From Opitutales bacterium (GTDB lineage: Bacteria > Verrucomicrobiota > Verrucomicrobiia > Opitutales > UBA953), in the NCBI GenBank assembly GCA_040398005.1, contig JBBAUX010000002.1, positions 32,001 through 96,000 of the forward strand: a stretch of 64,000 nt of DNA. Reading direction: 5' to 3'. Below are positions 47,587 through 57,952 of this stretch, piece by piece. The position numbers were made by a program, and so were the translations under genes. Positions within the stretch are counted from its first letter, which is position 1, and the number at the start of each line of letters is the position of its first letter. The notes under the pieces are model-generated. The model worked only from the letters and a program-made list of their open reading frames with translations, was not told where the DNA came from and did no database searches.

Positions 47587-49482
47587 CTAAGCCTTCGGGC
47601 GGTGGGCCAATAAGCGTAGTCCGTTTAAGCATACGATGACGGTGCTGCCTTCATGAACCATCACGCCGAGAGATAAGGTGGCACCTCGGAAGATGACAAT
47701 GGTGGCCATCGTTAATGCGGCGCCGACCGAGATTATAATATTAATACGAATCGCGGTACGGGCCGCTTTACTCAGTTCGATGGCATTAAGAAGCTTCTCA
47801 ATTTTGTCGTCCATCAGAACGACATCACTGGATTCGAGAGCGGCATCGCTTCCTCGGCTACCCATCGCAATAGCGATATCGGCGGCGACTAAGCTAGGGG
47901 CGTCATTCACGCCATCACCGACCATGGCGACGATGTGTCCTTCCGATGAAATTTTTCGAACCGTTTGCATTTTCGCTTCGGGCGAGAGCGCCGCTGCGAA
48001 TTTCTCGACGCCCACTTTCTTGGCCGCGACGGCGGCCGCTTCTTCGCGATCGCCGGTAAGCATGATGGTGTGAATGCCTAACTGATGGAGGGCGGAAAGG
48101 GTGGCGGCGCTTTGTTCGCGAACTTCGTCGACCAAGGTGACGCGAGCGATGGTTGTGCCATCCGATGCCCACACTTCGCTAATAATAGCACCACTGTCTG
48201 TATTGGTGGAAGGGAGTGCGGCACAGCCGACAAAGTCACGTCCGCCGACTTTCCAGGTTGTACCGTTAATGACACCAGAAATTCCTTTACCTGGGAAGTT
48301 GGAGAGACCGCTGACTGAAAGACATTGTGCACCTTCTGCCCGACAGGCCTTGAGGATACCGCGGGCAAAGGGGTGGGTTGAATTAGACTCAACAGAAAGC
48401 AATGCCGACAGTGTTTTGCCGCGATTTTCGGGTGGATAAACTTCGAGCGATGAGACGACGGGCTCACCCGAAGTTAACGTTCCCGTTTTATCAAAGCAGA
48501 TGGTGTTCACTCCGGAAAGTCGTTCAACCGCAGCGCCACCTCGGAATAAGATTCCTTGGCGAGCACCTGCAGCGATGGCGGCTAAGATAGCGGATGGAAC
48601 GGAGAGGACGAGTGCGCAGGGGCTGAGAACCACCATGAGAGTCATTGCGCGATAGAGTGCCGACGTTTCTCCGCCCATGACGGGGTTGTTTAGGACGTAA
48701 TATTGGTAGAGAAAGAAAATGAGCGACGCGGAGAGCGTAAAGATGGCATAGATGTCGCCCCAGCGATCAATGGCGCGCTGGGCCGGGGCTTTGCTTTCTT
48801 GTGCTTCGCGAATCAGCGCAATGATGCGTTGCAGGGAACTATCTTTTTCAGCCTTGGTGACTAAAACAACCAGCCGTCCCCAACTATTTAAGGTACCACT
48901 GGAAACTAAGCTGCCTGTTTTTTTATCCACCGGTTTTGCTTCACCCGTTAGAGTGCTTTCATCCACCGAACTTTCTCCCGACACAACCTGGCCATCGGCA
49001 GGAACTAACTCACCCGGGAGGACGATTATTTGATGTCCAGGTTTCAGTGCACTGACGGAAATAATACTTTCTTTACCATCACTTTCAATCAAGCGGGCCT
49101 GCTTGGGAGCGCGATCTAAGAGGGCATCAATGGCCCCTCGGGTGCGGAACATTGCATAGTGTTCAATCGCCCCTGCAGTGGAGAATAGAAAGAGCAGCAG
49201 TGCACCTTCTTCAGGGTGACCAATAATCCATGAACCACCTGCAACAAGGATCATCAAAGTGTGCACATCGACTCTTTTTTCGCGCAGTGACGCCCAACCG
49301 TCGATGAGCGCATCCCATCCACCAGCAAGACACGAGACGGCGAGTAGTAATGTGGAGATCCAGTGAAGCGAATTTTCGGGTGGATAGGAATGACTGACGA
49401 GAAGCGCGAGAAGTCCGAATAAACCACTTATCACCGCGAATACTGCGAGTTTTTTCCACTCATCATGATGTTTATCGCTCAT
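47587..49482 (-). CDS. Heavy-metal P1B-type ATPase (P1B-4-like, Co/Zn/Fe)
   Basis: TGE, SPC, DKTGT, HP, GDGVND, HEGST; no N-terminal metal-binding domain. Confidence 0.92.
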   Translation of the reverse strand: MSDKHHDEWKKLAVFAVISGLFGLLALLVSHSYPPENSLHWISTLLLAVSCLAGGWDALIDGWASLREKRVDVHTLMILVAGGSWIIGHPEEGALLLFLFSTAGAIEHYAMFRTRGAIDALLDRAPKQARLIESDGKESIISVSALKPGHQIIVLPGELVPADGQVVSGESSVDESTLTGEAKPVDKKTGSLVSSGTLNSWGRLVVLVTKAEKDSSLQRIIALIREAQESKAPAQRAIDRWGDIYAIFTLSASLIFFLYQYYVLNNPVMGGETSALYRAMTLMVVLSPCALVLSVPSAILAAIAAGARQGILFRGGAAVERLSGVNTICFDKTGTLTSGEPVVSSLEVYPPENRGKTLSALLSVESNSTHPFARGILKACRAEGAQCLSVSGLSNFPGKGISGVINGTTWKVGGRDFVGCAALPSTNTDSGAIISEVWASDGTTIARVTLVDEVREQSAATLSALHQLGIHTIMLTGDREEAAAVAAKKVGVEKFAAALSPEAKMQTVRKISSEGHIVAMVGDGVNDAPSLVAADIAIAMGSRGSDAALESSDVVLMDDKIEKLLNAIELSKAARTAIRINIIISVGAALTMATIVIFRGATLSLGVMVHEGSTVIVCLNGLRLLAHRPKA

Positions 49483-49684
49483 ATTTATATGATTTAACTC
49501 TAAAAATAATATTGGTCAACCTTAGGGGTGTCGGTGGAGAAAATTTCTGCTCACGTGATTCATTTTTCGGACAGAATTTTTTCTAAAAACGAGTGAGGAA
49601 TTTTTCACCATCGGCTCTGAGTGAATTTCCTCTTGCGCTCTGCGCATAAATGTCTATCAATCGTCATTAAGAGTTAACCGCAAC

Positions 49685-50071
49685 GTGACTAACCGAACCG
49701 AAACCATCAGCGAAAGTCTCATCACCGTGTCCCTTCCTACGAAGTTACACACTGAAGCAATCGCTTTTCAGCAACGCGCCGGCTTGTCTAATTTGAGCGA
49801 AGTGATCAGGCATGCGTTAGAGAATTGTCCTGAGAATCGTTTGAACGTTGAACCAACCAACTCCCGCCAAGTGTCTTTCCGAGTCCCCTCGGAGCTCCGC
49901 ACTCGTATTACCCGTCAGGCTCGTCAGGCCCGGGTGAGTGTAGGGCGCATCGTCAGGGTGGCGCTTCAGTCGCTGCCCTCTAACCCAACAACGAACATCA
50001 CAACTATGGCAAAAAAGAAAAAAGCTGCTAAGAAATCAGTAGCTAAAAAAGCCAAATCCAAGAAGAAATAA
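49685..50071 (+). CDS. Tandem ribbon-helix-helix (CopG-like) protein with Lys-rich tail
   Basis: ITVSLP...LSEVIRHAL and VSFRVP...VGRIVRVAL are two RHH-like units; C-terminal MAKKKKAAKKSVAKKAKSKKK. Confidence 0.7.
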   Translation: MTNRTETISESLITVSLPTKLHTEAIAFQQRAGLSNLSEVIRHALENCPENRLNVEPTNSRQVSFRVPSELRTRITRQARQARVSVGRIVRVALQSLPSNPTTNITTMAKKKKAAKKSVAKKAKSKKK

Positions 50072-50130
50072 TTCTTCTCGGACTCTCCGTCGCTAAGGCG
50101 GATGGCACTGGTTTCATTACCAGCTAAAAC

Positions 50131-50158
50131 AAGGACCCTCGTAAGGGGGTCCTTTTCT
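50131..50158 (+). terminator. Intrinsic terminator after the RHH gene
   Basis: AAGGACCCTC-GTAA-GGGGGTCCTT followed by TTCT. Confidence 0.75.
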
Positions 50159-50203
50159 GTTGGCTTGAAAAGCGGCGAGAGGGAAGTTTGAGTCTCCCCA
50201 TCC

Positions 50204-51463
50204 ATGACACCTCCCTCCGCTAGCGCTGGTCGTATCACTATCACGAACGGCACACTGAATGTACCCGATCACCCCATCATTCCTTTTATCGAAGGTGACG
50301 GTACGGGCCCGGATATCTGGCGCGCTTCGGTTCGTGTCTTCGATGCTGCCGTAGCCAAAGCTTATCACGGAAAACGTAAAATTGAATGGCTCGAAGTTTT
50401 AGCGGGCGAAAAATCTTTCAAGAAAACGAACGATTGGTTACCCGAAGCCACCCTCACGGCTTTTCGAGATTATCTCGTCGGAATCAAAGGACCGCTCACC
50501 ACTCCGACCGGTGGTGGCATTCGTTCGCTTAATGTCGCGCTCCGCCAACAATTGGATCTCTACGTTTGTCTCCGTCCGGTGCAATGGTTCATCGGCGTTC
50601 CTTCACCTGTAAAAAATCCCGGTAAAGTAAATATGGTAATTTTCCGCGAGAACACCGAAGATATTTACGCTGGAATTGATTTTGAAGCGGGCTCGGAAGT
50701 CGCGCTCAAAACTTTGGAGTTTATCAAGACGAACTTCCCCAAAGAGTTTAAGAAAATCCGCTTTGGTGCAGAGCAACCCGCGACCGTCGGCCTCGGAATT
50801 AAGCCCGTTTCTAAGCCTGGTTCTGAACGTTTAATCCGTTCGGCGATTCAATATGCCATCGAGAATAAGCGTAAATCTCTGACCTTAGTTCATAAAGGAA
50901 ATATCATGAAATACACCGAAGGGGCTTTCATGAAATGGGGATACGATTTGGCGAAAAATGAATTTGGTGCCGTAGAAATCGAGGGCGGCCCTTGGTGCAA
51001 AATTCCTGAAGGCAAGCCCGGTGCTGGCCTCGTGATTAAAGACGCGATTGCGGACATCACCCTACAACAAATTCTGACACGTCCGACCGACTTCGACGTC
51101 ATCGCGACGCTGAATCTTAATGGCGATTATCTTTCCGACGCCCTTGCTGCGCAAGTGGGCGGTATCGGTATCGCTCCCGGTGGAAATATTAATTATCTAA
51201 CCGGACATGCGATCTTTGAGGCGACCCACGGTACTGCGCCGAAGTATGCTGATAAGGACGTCGTCAATCCTGGCTCCGTCGTTCTCAGTGGCGAAATGAT
51301 GTTCCGCTACCTGGGTTGGACCGAAGCGGCTGATCTCATTCTAAAAGGTTTGAATGGTGCGATTGGTGGTGGTCGCGTGACTTATGATTTCGCCCGACAA
51401 ATGGAAGGTGCGAAGGAAATTAAGTGCTCGGAGTTCGGGGATGCGATTATCGAAAAAATGTAG
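50204..51463 (+). CDS. icd: NADP-dependent isocitrate dehydrogenase
   Basis: [43 protein letters not shown]. Confidence 0.97.
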   Translation: MTPPSASAGRITITNGTLNVPDHPIIPFIEGDGTGPDIWRASVRVFDAAVAKAYHGKRKIEWLEVLAGEKSFKKTNDWLPEATLTAFRDYLVGIKGPLTTPTGGGIRSLNVALRQQLDLYVCLRPVQWFIGVPSPVKNPGKVNMVIFRENTEDIYAGIDFEAGSEVALKTLEFIKTNFPKEFKKIRFGAEQPATVGLGIKPVSKPGSERLIRSAIQYAIENKRKSLTLVHKGNIMKYTEGAFMKWGYDLAKNEFGAVEIEGGPWCKIPEGKPGAGLVIKDAIADITLQQILTRPTDFDVIATLNLNGDYLSDALAAQVGGIGIAPGGNINYLTGHAIFEATHGTAPKYADKDVVNPGSVVLSGEMMFRYLGWTEAADLILKGLNGAIGGGRVTYDFARQMEGAKEIKCSEFGDAIIEKM

Positions 51464-51492
51464 TTCATCCTTTATTTTATTAGCTAAATTCG

Positions 51493-51531
51493 AACAGGGC
51501 AGGCCTTCTTGAGGCTTGCCCTGTTATTTTT
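51493..51531 (+). terminator. Intrinsic terminator after icd
   Basis: AACAGGGCAGGCCT / AGGCTTGCCCTGTT stem followed by ATTTTT. Confidence 0.8.
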
Positions 51532-51551
51532 AATAAGACAAATTTCTCTTC

Positions 51552-52319
51552 ATGAAAAACTCGCTGCGTGCACTGGCTTTAACCGTATTTACAATGGGCG
51601 TCGCCCAAGCTCAAAACACCCCGAGCAGTCCCTTAGGTTCCGACCTTTCGGTTCGTGCTAATTTTTCGTGGGCTTCAAAAAATGTTGCCCGTGGTAAAGA
51701 GCGCTCCAGCGAGGAAGGTTTATTTCAATGTCAATTAACGGTCGAGTACGCCGTCCCCACCATCATCGGCACCTCTGTTTATTTCAGTGGCTATAGTGCA
51801 GATAGTTTTGAAAAAGTTTACGGCGCCGGTGTTCGTCGCAGCATGGAATGCGGCACGCTTGATATTGGCTACCAGCATACCAAGGCTAATAATCACTTCG
51901 TGAATACGAATGGTGTTGCGGGTTATACTTTGGCACCGTCCGACAATGAATATTACATCGGACTCGTTTTATCGAAGGATGTTTTTCTCCGTCCTTCGGC
52001 TTACCTGTTTTATAGCGATGAGTTAAGACAGTATAACTTCGTCGTTTCGGCCCGTAAGGATTTCGACGGAAGTGATATTGGCTTATCCGCGATCAATATT
52101 GTAACCAAGCTCTATGCCGGTTCGATCTACGCATCGGACTCGAATTGGGATACGGCCAACTCTTACCTGTATGCTGGTGCCTCGATGGATTTCATTTATG
52201 CTATCAGTCCTAGCGCTAGCGTGGGCACCGGGCTTAATTTCGCGTATAATAATGATAATGCGGCAGACACTAAGGGTGGAGTCTTCTGGTACCGTTTTTT
52301 TGCTAATTTCCGCTTTTAA
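51552..52319 (+). CDS. Putative outer-membrane beta-barrel protein (TorF/Gcw-like)
   Basis: Signal peptide ending AQA, SKNVARG N-terminal strand, Tyr/Phe-rich beta pattern, C-terminal ANFRF. Confidence 0.6.
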   Translation: MKNSLRALALTVFTMGVAQAQNTPSSPLGSDLSVRANFSWASKNVARGKERSSEEGLFQCQLTVEYAVPTIIGTSVYFSGYSADSFEKVYGAGVRRSMECGTLDIGYQHTKANNHFVNTNGVAGYTLAPSDNEYYIGLVLSKDVFLRPSAYLFYSDELRQYNFVVSARKDFDGSDIGLSAINIVTKLYAGSIYASDSNWDTANSYLYAGASMDFIYAISPSASVGTGLNFAYNNDNAADTKGGVFWYRFFANFRF

Positions 52320-52453
52320 GGGGCAAAGTAGGGTTTTTGGCTAAATCGCCTAAACATCCTCTCTCTAATTAAAAGCACTCTCACCGTATGATTTGCCCAT
52401 TCGGGTGTTGACGGAGGGGTCTCAAGCCTCATTTTCCGACTTTCCCTCTTTTT

Positions 52454-52897
52454 ATGAAGACCACGCTAGCTAAGAATGTGCAGCTCAAAGACAAAACTTG
52501 GTACATTATTGATGCCAAGGACCAAGTCCTCGGACGCCTCGCAGTCAAAATTTCCAACGTCCTCCGCGGACGTCATAAACCCACCTACACTCCACACGTG
52601 GACACAGGTGATTACGTCATCGTGATCAACGCAGACAAAGTGCGCTTAACCGGCACCAAAGAAACCGACAAAACTTACATGTTCTACACCGGTTGGGTAG
52701 GTACTGCTTACCGCCGCACAGTTTCTGCTATGCGCGAACGTCGTCCTGAATTTATCGTTAAGCACGCGGTCAAAGGCATGCTTCCTAAAAATCGTTTAGC
52801 GAATGACATGCTCCTTAAGCTTCGCGTTTACGCTGGTGAAAAGCACGATCAAGCTGCTTCCAACCCAGTTCCATTCCCATCCTTTCCTAAGGTCTAA
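52454..52897 (+). CDS. rplM: 50S ribosomal protein L13
   Basis: WYIIDA, LGRLA, RGRHKPTYTPHVDTGD, VKGMLP. Confidence 0.98.
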   Translation: MKTTLAKNVQLKDKTWYIIDAKDQVLGRLAVKISNVLRGRHKPTYTPHVDTGDYVIVINADKVRLTGTKETDKTYMFYTGWVGTAYRRTVSAMRERRPEFIVKHAVKGMLPKNRLANDMLLKLRVYAGEKHDQAASNPVPFPSFPKV

Positions 52898-52913
52898 TTT
52901 TTAATATTACTCA

Positions 52914-53315
52914 ATGAGCGCCACTAAGTCATCCGCCATCACTGCCGTCGGCCGTCGTAAGACTGCTTCGGCTCGTATCCGCCTTTCTCGCGGAACTGGA
53001 GTTATTTCCGTCAACGGAAAACCTGTAGAAGAATATCTTTACACTGAAGCCCTCGTTAAAGCGGCCACTGCTCCATTGCGAACAGCGGGTCTCGAAGGCC
53101 AAGTAGACGTTTCGGTTAATGTTATCGGCGGTGGTCCTAACGGCCAAGCTGGTGCCATTTCCCACGGATTAGCTCGCGCCCTCCAAAAGATGGATGCGAC
53201 TCTTCGTGCTCCACTCAAGAAAGAAGGCCTCCTTACCCGCGATGGTCGTATGCGCGAACGTAAGAAGCCCGGTCAGCCAGGCGCCCGCAAGCGCTTCCAG
53301 TTCTCGAAGCGCTAA
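52914..53315 (+). CDS. rpsI: 30S ribosomal protein S9
   Basis: GRRKTA, GGGPNGQAGA, C-terminal QFSKR. Confidence 0.98.
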   Translation: MSATKSSAITAVGRRKTASARIRLSRGTGVISVNGKPVEEYLYTEALVKAATAPLRTAGLEGQVDVSVNVIGGGPNGQAGAISHGLARALQKMDATLRAPLKKEGLLTRDGRMRERKKPGQPGARKRFQFSKR

Positions 53316-53335
53316 ACCGCCTCGGAAAAGGAAGA

Positions 53336-53365
53336 AAAAAGGCCCCGGCACCCCGGGGCCTTTTT
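53336..53365 (+). terminator. Intrinsic terminator after rpsI
   Basis: AAAAAGGCCCCGG / CCGGGGCCTTTTT inverted repeat. Confidence 0.88.
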
Positions 53366-53426
53366 GTTGGCGAGTTTTGCTATGTCCAAACGACCATTCC
53401 TCCCTTAACTTTTTATCAATCACACC

Positions 53427-54476
53427 ATGTCTCAATCACTGATCCAAGTCGGCATCGTTGGCGCCTCTGGCTACACAGGCGAAGAGCTCGTTGGTATCCT
53501 CGCCCAACACCCCCACGTCGAACTCGCGATGGTTTGCTCGCGGTCCCTCGCCGGAAAAAAAGTGGTGGATGAGCTGCCTAGACTCCGGGGCAAGGTGAAT
53601 GCAAATTTAGTTTTTTCTGCATCCTCACCTCAAGAGTGTGCCGCTTCCGCGGTCGGCGTTTGGTTTTTGGCTCTGCCTCATGGGGTCGCTACCGAATACG
53701 CCCAGCCTCTCGTGGCTGCAGGGAAAAAGGTTTTGGATCTCTCGGCCGATTTTCGGCTGAAGGATTTACAGATTTATAAAAAATATTACGGCCACGATCA
53801 TCCCGCGCCCCAACTCACTTCGCAGGCGCGGTATGTGATTCCCGAATTACAACTGGATGATGCTTGGAAGAAGATTTCCCTCGTGGCTTGCCCCGGTTGC
53901 TACCCAACCAGCATTCAAATCCCTATCATCCCTTTATTACGGGCTGGCTTAATTAAGCCCGAGCCCGGTCGGTGCATTATTAATTCTTACAGCGGCGTAT
54001 CGGGAGCAGGTAAGAAAGCCGATGTAAATTACCTTTTCTGTGAGCGGGATGGGTCGATGAAAGCCTATGGTATTCCGAATCACAGACATATCGCGGAAAT
54101 CGAAGAACAACTGAGCGGAGCTGCCGGTAAAGCTATCGTCGTCCAATTTAATCCACACCTCGCTCCGATGCATCGAGGTATTTCGACCACGATTGTGGTT
54201 CCGGCCAATGGAGCCACGGCCGCCCAAGTTGAAAACTGCTGGCAAAAAGCTTTTGCCGATAAGCCTTTCGTTTCGATTTTAAAATCAGGCGATTTTCCCG
54301 ATACCGCCCACGTGGCGTACTCAAATCAAATCGAGATTTCGGTGGTCGCCGATGAACGGACCGGAAATTTAATTATCACTTCAGTCATTGATAACTTATT
54401 GAAAGGCGCGGGCGGTCAGGCCGTGCAAATTCTTAATCTGATGATGGGCTGGAACGAAACCACCGGATTACGTTAA
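53427..54476 (+). CDS. argC: N-acetyl-gamma-glutamyl-phosphate reductase
   Basis: GASGYTG, ALPHG, DLSADFR, PGCYPT, SGAG, DNLLKGA. Confidence 0.97.
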   Translation: MSQSLIQVGIVGASGYTGEELVGILAQHPHVELAMVCSRSLAGKKVVDELPRLRGKVNANLVFSASSPQECAASAVGVWFLALPHGVATEYAQPLVAAGKKVLDLSADFRLKDLQIYKKYYGHDHPAPQLTSQARYVIPELQLDDAWKKISLVACPGCYPTSIQIPIIPLLRAGLIKPEPGRCIINSYSGVSGAGKKADVNYLFCERDGSMKAYGIPNHRHIAEIEEQLSGAAGKAIVVQFNPHLAPMHRGISTTIVVPANGATAAQVENCWQKAFADKPFVSILKSGDFPDTAHVAYSNQIEISVVADERTGNLIITSVIDNLLKGAGGQAVQILNLMMGWNETTGLR

Positions 54477-54490
54477 TTTACAACATCTCT

Positions 54491-55720
54491 ATGGATATTG
54501 ATTTTATTGATGACTCAGCAGGTCTGTCCGACGTCCCCGGTTTCCGGGTTGGGGCCGCCGGGTGCGATATTAGAAATAAGAACTTGGATCGACTCGACCT
54601 CACTTTAATCGTCGCTGACCAACCCTGCAGTGCCGCGGGTGTATTTACGACGAACGACGTCAAAGCCGCACCCGTTCGGTATTCACAAAATATTTTATTA
54701 CTTTCCAAAGGAAAAATCAGGGGTGTCGTCGCCAACAGTGGCAACGCAAATGCTTGCACTTCCCAACAAGGGGATGTTGACGCTCAACTGATGGCGGAAC
54801 TTTCGGCCAAAGCCGTGGGTACGCCCACCGAAGCTTTTCTGGTTTGTTCAACCGGAAGAATTGGCGAGTTACTGCCCATGGCGAAGGTCGCTCTAGGTAT
54901 AAACACCGCTAGCCAAAATTTGTCGAATAAAGCGACCGAAGGTCGGAGAGCCGCTGAATCTATTTTAACCTCCGATACTAGACCTAAAACAGCGACCGCT
55001 TCGTTTGTCTGGCAGGGCAAAAAGGTAACAGTCGCAGGCTTTGCTAAAGGTGCTGGTATGATTGAGCCGAACATGGCGACGATGTTGGCGTTTGTGGCTA
55101 CCGATGCCGATGTGAACGCCGTCACTCTCAAAAAATCTTTATTATCCGCGACTCAACAATCGTTCAATTGCGTGAGCGTCGATGGTGATATGTCGACCAA
55201 CGACACAGTCATCTTGATGGCCTCAGGCGTTTCTAAAGTAGTCGTTGATGAAAAGGCTGATCCAGATTTGCGAAAACTTTTCCAAGCCACTTTAGATAAA
55301 ATCTGTTTTGCGTTGGCGGAAAAAATTGTCGGTGATGGTGAAAAAATCACGAAAGTTGTCTCGGTCGAAGTTCACGGTGCGCGGACGCGTGCAGACGCCG
55401 AAAAAATTGCTCGGGCCATTGGCAATTCGTTACTCGTCAAATCCTCTTGGTTTGGTGAAGACCCTAACTGGGGACGTTTAGCGGATGCGGCTGGCTACGC
55501 CCGGACGGGTTTAGATGAAGCTAAATTAGACATCCACTATAACGACGTGTCCGCCGTGGTGGGTGGACGTCCGATTCCTGAAAATAAGCCTCAGTGGAAG
55601 GAAGTGGTTAAAGCTCGGCAGTTTAAGGTTAGAATCAACCTGAACCTTGGTTCGGCCCATTTCCGTTTACTCGCGTCGGATCTCACCGATGGATACGTGA
55701 ACTACAACAAGAGCGAGTAA
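54491..55720 (+). CDS. argJ: Ornithine acetyltransferase / N-acetylglutamate synthase
   Basis: NSGNANACT, KGAGMIEPNMATML (autocleavage Thr), DGDMSTND, DPNWGR. Confidence 0.96.
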   Translation: MDIDFIDDSAGLSDVPGFRVGAAGCDIRNKNLDRLDLTLIVADQPCSAAGVFTTNDVKAAPVRYSQNILLLSKGKIRGVVANSGNANACTSQQGDVDAQLMAELSAKAVGTPTEAFLVCSTGRIGELLPMAKVALGINTASQNLSNKATEGRRAAESILTSDTRPKTATASFVWQGKKVTVAGFAKGAGMIEPNMATMLAFVATDADVNAVTLKKSLLSATQQSFNCVSVDGDMSTNDTVILMASGVSKVVVDEKADPDLRKLFQATLDKICFALAEKIVGDGEKITKVVSVEVHGARTRADAEKIARAIGNSLLVKSSWFGEDPNWGRLADAAGYARTGLDEAKLDIHYNDVSAVVGGRPIPENKPQWKEVVKARQFKVRINLNLGSAHFRLLASDLTDGYVNYNKSE

Positions 55721-55773
55721 GATTATTTTCCAATTGCCCGTTGGCTTTCCACCCTCACTTTTAAATCTGTCTG

Positions 55774-56655
55774 ATGAGTACGCCTGCTGTCCATAAAGCT
55801 GAAGTTCTTCTTGAAGCACTTCCTTATATCCAAAAATTCCGTGGCTCCACCTTCGTGGTCAAATACGGCGGAAGTTTTATGGATGATCCTAGTCCTGAAG
55901 GCAGAGACCGGGTCGCTACCGATATTGCATTTTTAGCCGCCGTCGGCATTCAAGTCGTCGTCGTTCACGGCGGAGGCAAAGCGATTACTCGGGCCATGGA
56001 AACTGCTGGAATTAAATCTGAGTTCCGTGGCGGGATGCGGGTGACTGATGCGGCCACTGTAAAAATTGTCGAAGATACTTTGAACAAAGAAATCAACGGA
56101 CAGATCTGCGATTCACTTCGGGCGCGGGGTGCTAATCCACTCGGCATGCCAGGCAATCACGTTAACTTGTGCGAAAAACTTTTAGGTACTGATGAAGCTG
56201 GTAATCCCATCGATATCGGCTTCGTGGGTGATATTAAATTTGTGAAAGCAAAATTAATAAAAAAAGCTTTAGCGGATGGGTTTCTCCCGGTCGTTTCACC
56301 GATGGCGTTGGATGGAGATGACCACCCCTATAACACCAACGCGGATGTTGCCGCTGCTGCCATTGCCAATTCTCTGCGGGCCAGAAGGCTCATTTTTATG
56401 AGCGATGTGCCAGGTTTGTTGGCTGATCCGAAAGATCCATCGACTTTAATTACTACCTTAAAGGTGGGCGAAGTGGATGAGCTTAAAAAGAAGGGCGTGA
56501 TCGCTGGAGGAATGATTCCTAAAGTGGATAGCGCGGTTAAGGCACTCAAAGAAGGAGTACGGAGAGTGCACTTTATTGATGGTCGGGTTCCTCATTCACT
56601 GCTCTTAGAAGTCTTTACCGATAAGGGTATCGGCACGGAGATTGTCCACGGATAA
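55774..56655 (+). CDS. argB: Acetylglutamate kinase
   Basis: EALPYI, VKYGGS, VHGGG, NTNAD, GGMIPK. Confidence 0.96.
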   Translation: MSTPAVHKAEVLLEALPYIQKFRGSTFVVKYGGSFMDDPSPEGRDRVATDIAFLAAVGIQVVVVHGGGKAITRAMETAGIKSEFRGGMRVTDAATVKIVEDTLNKEINGQICDSLRARGANPLGMPGNHVNLCEKLLGTDEAGNPIDIGFVGDIKFVKAKLIKKALADGFLPVVSPMALDGDDHPYNTNADVAAAAIANSLRARRLIFMSDVPGLLADPKDPSTLITTLKVGEVDELKKKGVIAGGMIPKVDSAVKALKEGVRRVHFIDGRVPHSLLLEVFTDKGIGTEIVHG

Positions 56656-57884
56656 TGTTACACGACTCTGTCCATTCTTCCGACGAGTCTGCCAAACTCT
56701 ATATCCAATTTTTGGCTAAAAATTATTCGACTCAAGCCATTACCTTGGTGAAGGGTAAGGGTACGCGGGTGTGGGATGCCCACGGAAAAGCCTATTTAGA
56801 TTTTGCCTCAGGAATTGCCGTCAACTCAGTCGGTCATGCTCATCCTGTGATGGTTAAAAGAATCAGTGAGCAGGCTGAAAAATTAATTCACGTCAGCAAT
56901 CTCTACCGGAATGAGCCTCAAGCTAAGTTGGTTGAATCGCTTTCAAAATATTGTGGCTCCGGAAGATTTTTATTTTGTAACAGCGGTGCTGAAGCTAATG
57001 AAGCGCTTTTAAAACTCGCCCGGCTTCACGGTAAGAAAAAATCAGGCGTTGAAGGAAAATGTATCGGAGTCGTGGTTGCCGAAAAAGCCTTTCACGGGCG
57101 GACCTTTGGGGGTATGTCTGCCACTCCTCAGGAGAAAATCCAATCAGGCTTTAGACCCTTATTGACAGGCTTTTCCTCGGCTCCGCTGAATGACATCGCT
57201 GCTTGGGATAAAGCCATCAGTGCCACCGACACCGCTGCGGTTTTATTAGAAACCATTCAAGGGGAGGGTGGTATCTTTCCAGCTGATCCCGTTTTCTTAC
57301 AACAACTGCAAAAAATCTGTCAGGAAAGAAATGTCTTATTACTCATTGATGAAATTCAGTGCGGTATTGGTCGAACGGGTAAATTCTTTGCCTATGAATT
57401 CTCGGGAATTAAACCTGACGCGATTGCGATGGCGAAAGGCCTCGGTGGCGGATTTCCCATTGGTGCTATCTGGATGGCTCCACCGTATGATGAACTTTTT
57501 CAGCCTGGTTCGCACGGTACCACGTTTGGTGGTGGTGCTTTAGCAGCGGCCGCCGCCCTCTCCGTTATCGAAATTATTGAAAGTGAAAATCTCGTTGCTC
57601 GGGTGGCTGCCCAATCTCCGGCCTGGCATGAATCTCTGAAAAAATTAGCGCAAAAGTATCCTACGATTATCAAAGAAATTCGGGGTGTCGGATACATGGT
57701 CGGTGTCGGGATGAATATTGATCCGCTTCCCGTCGTTGCTGCTCTGCGTGAAGCAGGATTGTTGACCGTACCGGCGAGTGGAATTGCGATACGGTTGTTG
57801 CCGCCATTAAATGCGACAGTCGCCGAGTTAAATGAGGCTGTCGAAATTTTTGACCGGGTGTTAAGTGCGTGGAAAGTCGCTTAA
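56655..57884 (+). CDS. argD: Acetylornithine aminotransferase
   Basis: NSGAEANE, FHGRT, QGEGG, DEIQCG, AKGLGGG; located in the arg cluster. Confidence 0.92.
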   Translation: MLHDSVHSSDESAKLYIQFLAKNYSTQAITLVKGKGTRVWDAHGKAYLDFASGIAVNSVGHAHPVMVKRISEQAEKLIHVSNLYRNEPQAKLVESLSKYCGSGRFLFCNSGAEANEALLKLARLHGKKKSGVEGKCIGVVVAEKAFHGRTFGGMSATPQEKIQSGFRPLLTGFSSAPLNDIAAWDKAISATDTAAVLLETIQGEGGIFPADPVFLQQLQKICQERNVLLLIDEIQCGIGRTGKFFAYEFSGIKPDAIAMAKGLGGGFPIGAIWMAPPYDELFQPGSHGTTFGGGALAAAAALSVIEIIESENLVARVAAQSPAWHESLKKLAQKYPTIIKEIRGVGYMVGVGMNIDPLPVVAALREAGLLTVPASGIAIRLLPPLNATVAELNEAVEIFDRVLSAWKVA

Positions 57885-57952
57885 ACCGCTATTCCAGCAC
57901 ATTTTCGCCTGTCCAAAATCGTTTCGCTAGATAGTTTTAAACACCTTCTCTC

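Noticed and set aside
49547..49562. parS-like site around TCACGTGA
   Set aside because: Only the core matches; the flanks deviate from TGTTNCACGTGAAACA at about six positions
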